Made by a program: the position numbers and the translations under genes. The notes beneath the pieces are model-generated. The model was not told the DNA's origin, made no database searches, and saw nothing but the letters and a program-made list of their open reading frames with translations. A stretch of DNA of 64,000 bases from NCBI GenBank assembly GCA_017459985.1, contig JAFUBX010000014.1, positions 535-64,534 of the forward strand. The letters are read 5' to 3'. Below, one piece after another: positions 46,173 to 54,770 of this stretch. This DNA is from Parasporobacterium sp. (GTDB lineage: Bacteria; Bacillota; Clostridia; Lachnospirales; Lachnospiraceae). Every line of letters starts with the position of its first letter. Position 1 is the first letter of the stretch.

Positions 46173-47351
46173 ATGGACAGAAGAGAAGAACAGAAAAAGA
46201 GAAGAAAGAAAAACCTGGATACCCATAAAAGGGTCTCCGTATTCAATGCGATCATTTTCTTCGGAGTCATCCTTGCTGCGGACGTGATACTGCTGTTCAG
46301 CCACGGAAGGGTGTTTTCGGAGAATGAGAACCGGACCCTTCAGCAGGCTCCGGTGCTGACTTCTTCCAGTCTGACCTCCGGAAAATTCATGAAACAGTTT
46401 GAATCCTTCGTGGCGGATCAGTTCTTTTACCGGGACGGCTGGATCTATACGAAATTGAAGATGGATAAGGTTCTTGGGAGAAAGGTGTCGAACGGAGTCT
46501 ATCTGGGCGAGCAGGGATATCTGTTCGAGGATGCGGCCGTACCGGCGCAGCAGAGTCTGGACCGCAATCTGGATGCCATTAACCAGTTCAGCAACAGTCA
46601 TTCCGGGATACGTCAGGTCATGATGATCGTACCGAATGCTTCGGAAGTGATCTCGGATCTGCTTCCTTCCGGAGCACCGGTCCGCAGCCAGGCAGAGGAT
46701 CTGACCGCCATCAGCAGCCGTCTGGGACCACAGCTCCAATTTGTGGATCTGCTTCCGGTACTGAAGGAGCACAAAAACGAAGAACTGTATTACAAAAGTG
46801 ATCATCACTGGACCAGTCTCGCCGCCATGTATGCCTTTGATGTGGTCGCCGGGGAGTTTGATCTGTCCCCATCGAATCAGTACCGGGTCCTGACCGTGAC
46901 CGATGATTTTTCCGGAACCATGGCAGCGACTTCCGGGGATTTCGATGTCAGAGACCGGATTGATCTGTATCTGACAGAGCCGGAAGTGGATTACTATGTG
47001 GAGTATTCCGGAGACCCGGTCAAATACAGTTCCATCTACAGCAGCAGTGCTCTGGAACAGAAAAACAAATATGAAGTTTTTTTCGGCGGGAATTTCCCGA
47101 AGATCACCATCACTACGGTCAATCACTTCGGCAGAAATCTGCTGCTGCTGAAGGATTCCTATGCAAACTGCTTTGTCCAGTTCCTGCTCCCGTATTTCGA
47201 CAGAATTCTGATTATTGATCCGCGCTATTACAGCGATGATCTGGAGGCGGACATCGCAGCCGCAGGGATCACCGATCTTCTGATCCTGTATAATGAAAAC
47301 ACCTTTGTGCAGGATAATTCCCTGTCCGGTGTGCTGGATCCCCAGGCCTGA
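46173..47351 (+). CDS. DHHW-family (AlgX/AlgJ-like) protein
   Basis: N-terminal TM and a literal YKSDHHWTSLAAMYA motif. Downstream of the MBOAT gene. Confidence 0.8.
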   Translation: MDRREEQKKRRKKNLDTHKRVSVFNAIIFFGVILAADVILLFSHGRVFSENENRTLQQAPVLTSSSLTSGKFMKQFESFVADQFFYRDGWIYTKLKMDKVLGRKVSNGVYLGEQGYLFEDAAVPAQQSLDRNLDAINQFSNSHSGIRQVMMIVPNASEVISDLLPSGAPVRSQAEDLTAISSRLGPQLQFVDLLPVLKEHKNEELYYKSDHHWTSLAAMYAFDVVAGEFDLSPSNQYRVLTVTDDFSGTMAATSGDFDVRDRIDLYLTEPEVDYYVEYSGDPVKYSSIYSSSALEQKNKYEVFFGGNFPKITITTVNHFGRNLLLLKDSYANCFVQFLLPYFDRILIIDPRYYSDDLEADIAAAGITDLLILYNENTFVQDNSLSGVLDPQA

Positions 47352-47362
47352 GCGTAAAAAAC

Positions 47363-47387
47363 AGGGCTGTCACGATGTGACAGCCCT
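47363..47387. terminator. Bidirectional terminator between convergent genes
   Basis: Perfect 11-bp stem AGGGCTGTCAC/GTGACAGCCCT with a 3-nt loop. An A-run upstream gives the U-run for the minus strand. Confidence 0.6.
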
Positions 47388-47418
47388 ATCCATATAAATG
47401 CTTGTAAAACCCGCCGGC

Positions 47419-48528
47419 TTAGAACTTGCCGACTTTGGTCAGTTTCTTCGGAAGCTTCGGCAGCTTGCCGCCTTCCCACTTCACGATGGCTTCTTCCTCG
47501 CAGGAACTTACGCATTCTCCGCAGTGTTCGCACATATCCTGATCGATCATATGGATGAATTTCTTCTTTCCTTCGATCGCTGTGTAATCGCAGGCATCTA
47601 CGCAGTCGCCGCAGCCGGTACATTTATCCGGAAGGATAATGTAGGTCGCGCCGGCCTGGAAGCAGACTCCTGCAGGACAGGATTTCTTCTTGGTATGGGC
47701 GTCGAATTCTCCGGCAAACAGCTCCAGTGCAGAGAGCAGAGTGTTCGGCCAGTTCTGTCCGTAGGGGCAGTAGGCACCGATCTTGATCAGCGGAGCAATG
47801 TCCTTCAGAAGATCAATATCACCGGCTTTGCTCTTGCCAACCGGCATATCATCCATGATCGTCTTAACCTGGAACGTGCCATCCCGGCACAGAACACACT
47901 TGTTGCAGCTGTTCATCCAGGTCTTGGTCATCAGATCTGCGGTCACCACCACCATACAGGCCTCGGGACCGAAAACGGTGATGGAAGAGGAGAGGATATC
48001 ATCTCCGGCTGCATAGTCCGCCAGAGAGGCCGGAAGGATAAATTTACCACGGAGTCCGCCGAGCAGGACAGCCTTAGCGCCGGCAGCATCTTCCACTTCA
48101 TTTAATTTTGTTCCAAAGGGAACCGCCTTGATCTCAGAGCTTCCGCCCTTTGTTACGGTAATAAAAGCGGTTTTCTGGGAAGCAGCCAGATTGTAGGCGA
48201 CTTCCGGAGTGATTACAGCCACTTCCTTGCCTTCATATTCAGCGACATAATCGTCCTGAATCATCGGGCGGGGAAGGTTGCCCTTCAGCTGCTGAACGAT
48301 GGCATAGGGATTATCCATGACAGGAGAAGCCTGTCCGTATGCCACATTCTCCAGACCGAAATCCTTGCTTCCTTCCGGAAGGAAGTATATGATCTCAGAG
48401 GCGCCCAGCATGCCGGCGTATTTCTTAATCCCCGCTTTCACGGTATCAAGTTCATTTTCCAGCAGATATGCGGAGCTAATTGTATACGGATCATTTACAG
48501 CACAGCTGCATACTAACAATTTTTCCAT
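47419..48528 (-). CDS. NuoF-like Fe-S protein lacking the N-terminal FMN/NADH-binding segment, with a C-terminal 2x[4Fe-4S] ferredoxin domain
   Basis: Begins at the region equivalent to NuoF ...VCNADE.EPG... (here LVCSCAVNDPY). Has an SLBB-like segment, SCNKCVLCRDGT, then CTGCGDCVDACD and CEHCGECVSSCE. Confidence 0.55.
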   Translation of the reverse strand: MEKLLVCSCAVNDPYTISSAYLLENELDTVKAGIKKYAGMLGASEIIYFLPEGSKDFGLENVAYGQASPVMDNPYAIVQQLKGNLPRPMIQDDYVAEYEGKEVAVITPEVAYNLAASQKTAFITVTKGGSSEIKAVPFGTKLNEVEDAAGAKAVLLGGLRGKFILPASLADYAAGDDILSSSITVFGPEACMVVVTADLMTKTWMNSCNKCVLCRDGTFQVKTIMDDMPVGKSKAGDIDLLKDIAPLIKIGAYCPYGQNWPNTLLSALELFAGEFDAHTKKKSCPAGVCFQAGATYIILPDKCTGCGDCVDACDYTAIEGKKKFIHMIDQDMCEHCGECVSSCEEEAIVKWEGGKLPKLPKKLTKVGKF

Positions 48529-50669
48529 TATGCGTTTACCTCCTCATCTTCTGCTTTTACATAGTCGTTCCAGAACTTCGGACCGGCGATCTGAAGTCTC
48601 AGATCACACTGCAGACATCTGCTGGCTTCACAGTTACCCTGCTCGCAGGTAAATCCTGTGGAAACCGGAGCAAAATCTTCCCGGCGCTCCTCTGCCGGAC
48701 GGACATCCATCTCGTGGCGTGCGATCTCAGCAAACTGATCGATGGTTCCGATATACGGATCCGCCTTGCGTTCCACAAGCTGCTCATCGATCACACCGTC
48801 TCCGCCCAGATACTTATCCATGAGTTCCGCAACTTCACGGCCGCCTGCAATGGCATCAATCAGGAACCGGGTGCCGGTGATTACGTCACCTGCTGCGAAG
48901 ACGCCTTCGACCGAGGTGGTGTATTCGCTCTTGCCGGTCTTCGGATCGATCGGATAGCCGAACTTGTTCAGTTCGATACCGAAGTCTTCTGTCAGGCCGG
49001 TGACCTGTCCTGCTGCAAATACGATACTGTCGCAGGGGATAATATAGGTGCTGTCAGGGATGGCATCCTCCACCAGTGCCCTGGTTTCCGGATGGAAATA
49101 GAAGCTGTTGATCTTATGGACCTGAAGTCCGGTCACATGTCCGTTTTCCCCGACGATCGCTTCATTGGAGTGGGAATCAAACAGGTTGGCGCCTTCCTCC
49201 AGCGCGGTATCCCGCTCTTCCGGAGAAGCCTGGGATGCATCCTTCTCAAGGCAGACCACATTGACGGTCTTTTTCATACGGAGCAGTGTACCTGCCGCGT
49301 CAAAGGCAACATTGCCGCCGCCGATGATGCAGACGGTATCACCCAGATCGATCTCCTGGTTCAGACGCTGTGCCTGCAGCAGTTCCAGAGCGGAGAATAC
49401 CTGAGGCAGATTGTCCTTGTTCAGATATCCCAGCTTCTTGCCGACGGAAGTACCGATGGCAACCAGGACGGCATCGTAATCCTTTTTTAATTCAGCGGCA
49501 TTGGTGATCGGGGAATTGCATACGATCTTAACACCGGAATCCTCGATGACCTTTACTTCGTCCAGGACTGCCTGGGTCGGGATCCTGTACTCCGGCATAC
49601 CGGATGTCATATGACCGCCCGGGATCTTCTTGGATTCGAATACGGTCACATCGTGCCCCTTCTTATTCAGATAATAGCCGGCTGTCAGACCGCAGGCTCC
49701 GCCGCCGATCACGGCAACCTTCTTGCCGGTTCTCGGAGCGACCTTCAGATAATTGTCAAGCCAGATCTTATCTTCGTCATGCTCAGCGGCAAATCTCTTC
49801 AGATTCCGGATGGACAGGGAACTGTTCAGATGTTTATGCTTGCAGTTGTTCTCGCAGCGGTTGTTGCAGACCAGACCCAGAGCGTGCGGGAACGGAACCT
49901 TCTCACGGATGATTCCGACGGAGGTGGAGTACTCGCCGTCGTAAATCGCGCGGATATATTCCGGAATGCTGATATGGGCAGGACATTCGGCGCTGCAGGG
50001 GATCAGAGCCTGCTCACGCGGGATATCGTCACGGAATACGCCCACTTTGTCCCGGATGGAACCGGTCGGACAGACCTCCACGCAGGCTCCGCAGAAGCGG
50101 CAGTCTGCATCAGCCAGGGAATCGCCGTCAATGACAACCCGCATTCTTCCGTCCACTTTGGCAAATTTCAGGGCGCCGACACCTCTTAATTCGCCGCAGG
50201 CACGGACGCAGCGTCCGCAGAGGATACAGCGGTACATCTCATGGAGCATCAGCGGATTGGTCTCATCTGCAGTGACACGCAGCTTCAGCTCTCTCAGTGC
50301 CCGGCCGGTATCGCCGACATACTGGGAAATGGAAGCCAGCAGACATCTGCCGTATTTCGGACATCCGGTACACTCACTCGGATGGGTCTTGAACATAAAG
50401 TCGCAGGATAATTTTCTGACCTTCTCAGCCAGGTCATCCTTGGTGTTGATCACCATGCCTTCCTGCACCTTGGTGGAACAGGAAGTAATTACTCCATCAA
50501 CGCCTTCCTGCTTGACGACGCAGAGGCGGCAGCCGCCGTTGGGATGGAGATCTTCGTGGTAGCACAGATGGGGAATATAGATCCCGTTTTCCAGAGCAGC
50601 TTCCAGAACTGTCTTGGATTCATCTGCCACGATCTGGCGGCCATCGATTGTTAATTTTACTTCAGCCAT
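48528..50669 (-). CDS. Multidomain Fe-S flavoprotein: NuoG-like 2Fe-2S/4Fe-4S N-terminus fused to a GltD-like NAD(P)H-dependent FAD oxidoreductase
   Basis: MAEVKLTIDGRQI...HLCYHEDLHPNGGCRLCVV, CILCGRCVRAC, CRFCGACVEVCPTG, then VAVIGGGACGLTAGYYL and CIIGGGNVAFDAA dinucleotide folds. Confidence 0.75.
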   Translation of the reverse strand: MAEVKLTIDGRQIVADESKTVLEAALENGIYIPHLCYHEDLHPNGGCRLCVVKQEGVDGVITSCSTKVQEGMVINTKDDLAEKVRKLSCDFMFKTHPSECTGCPKYGRCLLASISQYVGDTGRALRELKLRVTADETNPLMLHEMYRCILCGRCVRACGELRGVGALKFAKVDGRMRVVIDGDSLADADCRFCGACVEVCPTGSIRDKVGVFRDDIPREQALIPCSAECPAHISIPEYIRAIYDGEYSTSVGIIREKVPFPHALGLVCNNRCENNCKHKHLNSSLSIRNLKRFAAEHDEDKIWLDNYLKVAPRTGKKVAVIGGGACGLTAGYYLNKKGHDVTVFESKKIPGGHMTSGMPEYRIPTQAVLDEVKVIEDSGVKIVCNSPITNAAELKKDYDAVLVAIGTSVGKKLGYLNKDNLPQVFSALELLQAQRLNQEIDLGDTVCIIGGGNVAFDAAGTLLRMKKTVNVVCLEKDASQASPEERDTALEEGANLFDSHSNEAIVGENGHVTGLQVHKINSFYFHPETRALVEDAIPDSTYIIPCDSIVFAAGQVTGLTEDFGIELNKFGYPIDPKTGKSEYTTSVEGVFAAGDVITGTRFLIDAIAGGREVAELMDKYLGGDGVIDEQLVERKADPYIGTIDQFAEIARHEMDVRPAEERREDFAPVSTGFTCEQGNCEASRCLQCDLRLQIAGPKFWNDYVKAEDEEVNA

Positions 50670-50740
50670 GTTTCCCTCACTAAAGAATCAAAGGCAGGGA
50701 AAGAACGATCTCACACTGCCTGTACAATGTTACCAGTCAT

Positions 50741-50779
50741 ATAAAAGGTCTGTGCATAAACGGATGCTATGCACAGACC
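50741..50779 (-). terminator. Rho-independent terminator/attenuator between the FAD reductase gene and the Fe-S genes
   Basis: Perfect 12-bp stem GGTCTGTGCATA/TATGCACAGACC (50747-50758 / 50768-50779), followed on the minus strand by TTTTAT. Confidence 0.6.
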
Positions 50780-50794
50780 ATAAAAACGTACGGA

Positions 50795-52258
50795 TCAGTC
50801 GTCTAATTCGTCTACGTAGTCAGCAGCGGCTTCACCGGCGAAACGTCCGGTGTTGACGCAGTATCCCATGGTGTTGCCCGGAAGCAGGAACATGTAGGAG
50901 TCGCCGTAGATGGTACAGGTGTCAGTACCGCAGGCGAAGAATCCCGGAATTGCATTCCAGTCATCATCCAGAACCTGGCACTTGTCATCGATCTTGATGC
51001 CGCCCAGTGTGCCGTATCCTGACGGATGGAAAATGCCGGCATAGAACGGAGCCTTTTCGATCGGTTTCATGAACTTACTAGGTTTGTAGAACAGAGTATC
51101 CTGGCTCTCGCACATATCATTGTATTCCTCAACGGTCTCCAGGAAGGTATCCACATCTTCGATGCCCAGCTTCTCCGCCAGTTCCTCCAGAGTGTCAGCC
51201 TTAACAACATCCGGGTTGTTCGGGTCATTGATGATATCATCGCAGGCCTGCTCGAAATCGTCGATGTTGTCTACATGGTGTACGAAGTTGACAACGTCGA
51301 GACCTTTCTTCTTGTAACCGTTGACGATCTTCTGATCCAGGATGGAGAATCCTACAGCACCCTTCTGGATCTGGATTGCATTGCCTGTGAAGGTGGTGTT
51401 CTGCATCATTTCCTCATTGATGAAACGACGGCCCTGAACATTGACCATCAGGTTCGGCTGCATAAAGGTAACAGGAACGCTCTGCGGTCCGAAATCAGAG
51501 AACGGAAGAATGTAGATCTTCTCAACGGTCATCTCTGTGGTTGCTGCACCGGCTTCGATTGCCATCTTGATGCCTTCGCCCTTCAGACCCGGGATTACGA
51601 TGTTGAACAGATCCTTGCCGTAGGTGTAGCCCATACGCTCTTTCATGTATTCCGGTGAATCTCCGGCACCGCCGGTACCGACGATGACAGCCTTGCAGTC
51701 AATGTGGATCTCTTCGCCGTCTTTGTCAACAGCGTCAACACCGCAGATCTTGCCTTCGTCGTCTCTCAGGATCTTCTTGGCGGGAGTCTCGTACATCACT
51801 TCCACACCGTTCTCCTGTGCTCTGTCCAGCATATGCTTGTTCATGATGGCACCGCCGTTACGGCCGATTCCGCCGTTGACAGCAACGATGTGCCAGGTAG
51901 CTTCCGACTTCGGGAAATACTTGTAGGCACCTGCGAACTCTACACCCAGGCTCTCCAGCCATTCGATCGTTCCTGCGGATGCTTCGAAATACCTCTTGAC
52001 CATGTTGGCATCTACTCTCCAGTGTGTGTACTCCATGAACATCTTGAATGCTCTTTCCACATCGATGTCAACCATCTGATCCTGCTGATGTCTGGTTCCG
52101 ATTCCCAGAGGTCCCATACCCATGTTGGCAGCACCGCCGGATACATTCTGCTTCTCCAGAGCGATAACGCTCATGCCGGCTTCGGATGCTTCCACGCAGG
52201 CGGCAAGGCCGGACGGACCGGTTCCGATAACAACAACATCTGCCTTTAAGTTTTTCAT
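50795..52258 (-). CDS. FAD-dependent oxidoreductase, soluble fumarate reductase / KstD-like family (paralogue of 3740-5200)
   Basis: ORF 50795..52285. Preferred start is 52258 (MKNLKADVVVIGTGPSGLAAC) behind GAGGAGG. Shares GGAANMGMGP, FMEYTHW and GVEFAG blocks with the 3740 gene. Confidence 0.8.
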   Translation of the reverse strand: MKNLKADVVVIGTGPSGLAACVEASEAGMSVIALEKQNVSGGAANMGMGPLGIGTRHQQDQMVDIDVERAFKMFMEYTHWRVDANMVKRYFEASAGTIEWLESLGVEFAGAYKYFPKSEATWHIVAVNGGIGRNGGAIMNKHMLDRAQENGVEVMYETPAKKILRDDEGKICGVDAVDKDGEEIHIDCKAVIVGTGGAGDSPEYMKERMGYTYGKDLFNIVIPGLKGEGIKMAIEAGAATTEMTVEKIYILPFSDFGPQSVPVTFMQPNLMVNVQGRRFINEEMMQNTTFTGNAIQIQKGAVGFSILDQKIVNGYKKKGLDVVNFVHHVDNIDDFEQACDDIINDPNNPDVVKADTLEELAEKLGIEDVDTFLETVEEYNDMCESQDTLFYKPSKFMKPIEKAPFYAGIFHPSGYGTLGGIKIDDKCQVLDDDWNAIPGFFACGTDTCTIYGDSYMFLLPGNTMGYCVNTGRFAGEAAADYVDELDD

Positions 52259-52476
52259 GTAAATAACCCTCCTCAAAAAATACATTTGATCATGCGTTTA
52301 CGTATTACGCACGATCCGGTTCAGATCCTGTGCATCTCATGATAACGCATAGAATAACAAAAATATTATATTAATAAAGGGTGCGTATGTCAAATAAGAA
52401 TACAGGGATGAAGCTTGAAAAATTATGGAATTTTCTGTAGCATATTAACCAAATTGTTTGCAGGAGTTTAAATAAG

Positions 52477-53499
52477 ATGATCTGGAACCAGTATGTGATT
52501 AAAACGACCACGGCGGACTGTGATCTGGTGTGCGCGGTACTTACGGATTACGGCATCACCGACGTGCGGATCGAGAACAATATTCAGCTGACTGATGAAG
52601 AGCTGAATCAGATGTATGCGGATTTTGTCAAGGAACTGCCGGAGGATGACGGCAGCTGTACGGTGACCTTCTATCTGGATGAGAAGGGGTATATCCCCGA
52701 AGGCGTAGGAACCGGAGACAGTCCCTCGGCGGCCAACGAGGCGGAAGGATACGAGGGGATCCATGTGGATATCCGGGAAGTGGAGCAGGGCCTTAAAGAG
52801 GCCCGGGAGCTGTTCGGAATCGCGCCGGTAACAATGGAAGAAAGCCGTGTGGATACCGAAGACTGGGATCACAAATGGAAAGAGTATTTTAAGCCCTTTA
52901 CGGTCGGGCGGATCCTGATCAAACCGACCTGGGAGGAGGTCCCGGAGGGAACACAGGCGGATGCGGTCATCAGCATTGATCCGGGGATGGCCTTCGGCAC
53001 CGGGATCCATGAAACCACAAGACTGTGCCTGTCTGCACTGCAGGATGTGATCCGGCCCGGCATGACCGTCCTGGATCTGGGCACCGGTTCCGGAATTCTG
53101 GGAATTGCCGCCCTATTGCTGGGCGCAGACTCTGTGACCGCGGTGGACATTGATGAACAGGCGGTCCGGGTTGCCGGGGAGAATTTCAGTCTGAATGTTC
53201 CCGGAAAGAAGAGCCGTCTGATCACGGCCAATATCCTGCAGGATTCTTCGCTGCAGGATCAGTTCGCGCAGGAAGGGTATGATCTGGTGCTGGCCAATAT
53301 TCTGGCGGAGGTGATCATTCCCCTGTCCGGAACGGTCCACCGGTTTCTGAAGCCGGGAGGCGTCTTCATCGCATCGGGAATCATTGACGGGAAAGAAGAG
53401 GATGTTGTAAGAGCCGTCCGGTCCAATCAGGAGCTTTCCCTTCTGAAAACCGGGGCGGACGGGGACTGGAGATCCGTCATTGCAGAAAAACGCAGGTAA
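52477..53499 (+). CDS. prmA: Ribosomal protein L11 methyltransferase
   Basis: PrmA-like N-terminus (W..Y.I.T...) and SAM motif VLDLGTGSGILGIAA. Conserved position relative to dnaJ and mtaB. Confidence 0.85.
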   Translation: MIWNQYVIKTTTADCDLVCAVLTDYGITDVRIENNIQLTDEELNQMYADFVKELPEDDGSCTVTFYLDEKGYIPEGVGTGDSPSAANEAEGYEGIHVDIREVEQGLKEARELFGIAPVTMEESRVDTEDWDHKWKEYFKPFTVGRILIKPTWEEVPEGTQADAVISIDPGMAFGTGIHETTRLCLSALQDVIRPGMTVLDLGTGSGILGIAALLLGADSVTAVDIDEQAVRVAGENFSLNVPGKKSRLITANILQDSSLQDQFAQEGYDLVLANILAEVIIPLSGTVHRFLKPGGVFIASGIIDGKEEDVVRAVRSNQELSLLKTGADGDWRSVIAEKRR

Positions 53500-53511
53500 A
53501 GGAGCCGAATC

Positions 53512-54729
53512 TTGGAAATCTATTTTGATAATTCTGCAACCACACAGGTGGATGAACGGGTGATCCGGATCGTGGAGGAAGTGATGCGCAGGGATTACGG
53601 CAATCCCTCCTCCAGACACAGAAAAGGCGTCGAATCCGAAAAATATCTGAAGGAAGCGGCAGGCATTCTGGCAGGGATCCTCAAGGTGCCGGAGAAGGAA
53701 CTGATATTCACCTCCGGAGGGACCGAGTCCAACAACCTGGCCCTGATCGGAAGCGCCATGGCAAATCACCGGAAGGGCCGGCATATCCTTGCAACCTGTT
53801 TTGAACATCCTTCCGTCCTGGAACCTCTGAAATATCTGGAATCCCTGGCCCTTCCCGACGGAGGATCCTTCGAGGTCCAGTATCTTCCGGTGAACCGGGA
53901 AGGCCACATCAGCCTGGAAGAACTGGAACGTTCCATCCGTCCGGATACGATCCTGGTCAGCTGTATGTTTGTAAATAACGAGATCGGAGCTGTGCAGGAG
54001 ATTGCGTCCATCGGAAAAATTATTAAGGAGAAGAATCCCGGCACCCTGTTCCATGTCGACGCCATTCAGGCCTTCGGAAAGTATGAGATCCGACCGAAGA
54101 AAATGAAAATCGACCTGATGAGTGTTTCGGGCCACAAGTTTCATGGACCGAAGGGAACCGGATTTCTGTATAAGAATGAAAAGGTCCGGCTGGTCCCTCA
54201 GATCCTGGGCGGAGGACAGCAGAAGGGAATGCGCAGCGGAACGGACAATGTTCCCGGAGTGGCGGGCCTGTCCGAGGCCGCCCGGCTGGCCTATGAAAAC
54301 CTGGAACAAAACGTGCTTCATATGACCGCCCTGAAGGACCGGATGACCGACGGCCTGCTGGCCATGGAAGAGGAGCTCCGCTTACGTGACCCTTCGGGGA
54401 ACCGGAACGGGGAGTATGTGAAGATCAACAGCCGGAAAGGAACGGAAAGCGCGCCGCATATCGTCAGCGCCACCTTCTTCCCGGTCAAAAGCGAGGTCAT
54501 GCTGCATGCCCTGGAAGATAAGGGGCTGTATGTATCCTCCGGTTCCGCCTGCTCCTCCAACAAGCCGGGACTTTCCGGGACACTGCAGTCTATCGGGCTG
54601 ACGGCGAAGGAGGCGGACTGTACGATCCGGTTCAGTTTCTGTGAAACGAATACGGAGGCGGAAGTGGAGGAAGCACTGAAAATCGTCCGGGAGACCTATG
54701 AAATACTGAGAAAATTCACCGCTCACTGA
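53512..54729 (+). CDS. Cysteine desulfurase (NifS/IscS/NifZ-like, class V aminotransferase)
   Basis: TTG start behind AAGGAG. Contains SGHKFHGPKG (PLP lysine) and a SSGSACSS active-site Cys loop. Adjacent to thiI. Confidence 0.85.
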   Translation: MEIYFDNSATTQVDERVIRIVEEVMRRDYGNPSSRHRKGVESEKYLKEAAGILAGILKVPEKELIFTSGGTESNNLALIGSAMANHRKGRHILATCFEHPSVLEPLKYLESLALPDGGSFEVQYLPVNREGHISLEELERSIRPDTILVSCMFVNNEIGAVQEIASIGKIIKEKNPGTLFHVDAIQAFGKYEIRPKKMKIDLMSVSGHKFHGPKGTGFLYKNEKVRLVPQILGGGQQKGMRSGTDNVPGVAGLSEAARLAYENLEQNVLHMTALKDRMTDGLLAMEEELRLRDPSGNRNGEYVKINSRKGTESAPHIVSATFFPVKSEVMLHALEDKGLYVSSGSACSSNKPGLSGTLQSIGLTAKEADCTIRFSFCETNTEAEVEEALKIVRETYEILRKFTAH

Positions 54730-54770
54730 CAAAAGCGGATTCAACGGAAAGAAAACGAGGAGGATGGCTT

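Noticed and set aside
52286-52476. Several ACGCA/TGCGT-containing short motifs in the divergent prmA/reductase promoter region, considered as a regulator site.
   Set aside because: The copies are only 5-6 nt long, with irregular spacing and orientation. That is too weak to distinguish from chance by eye.
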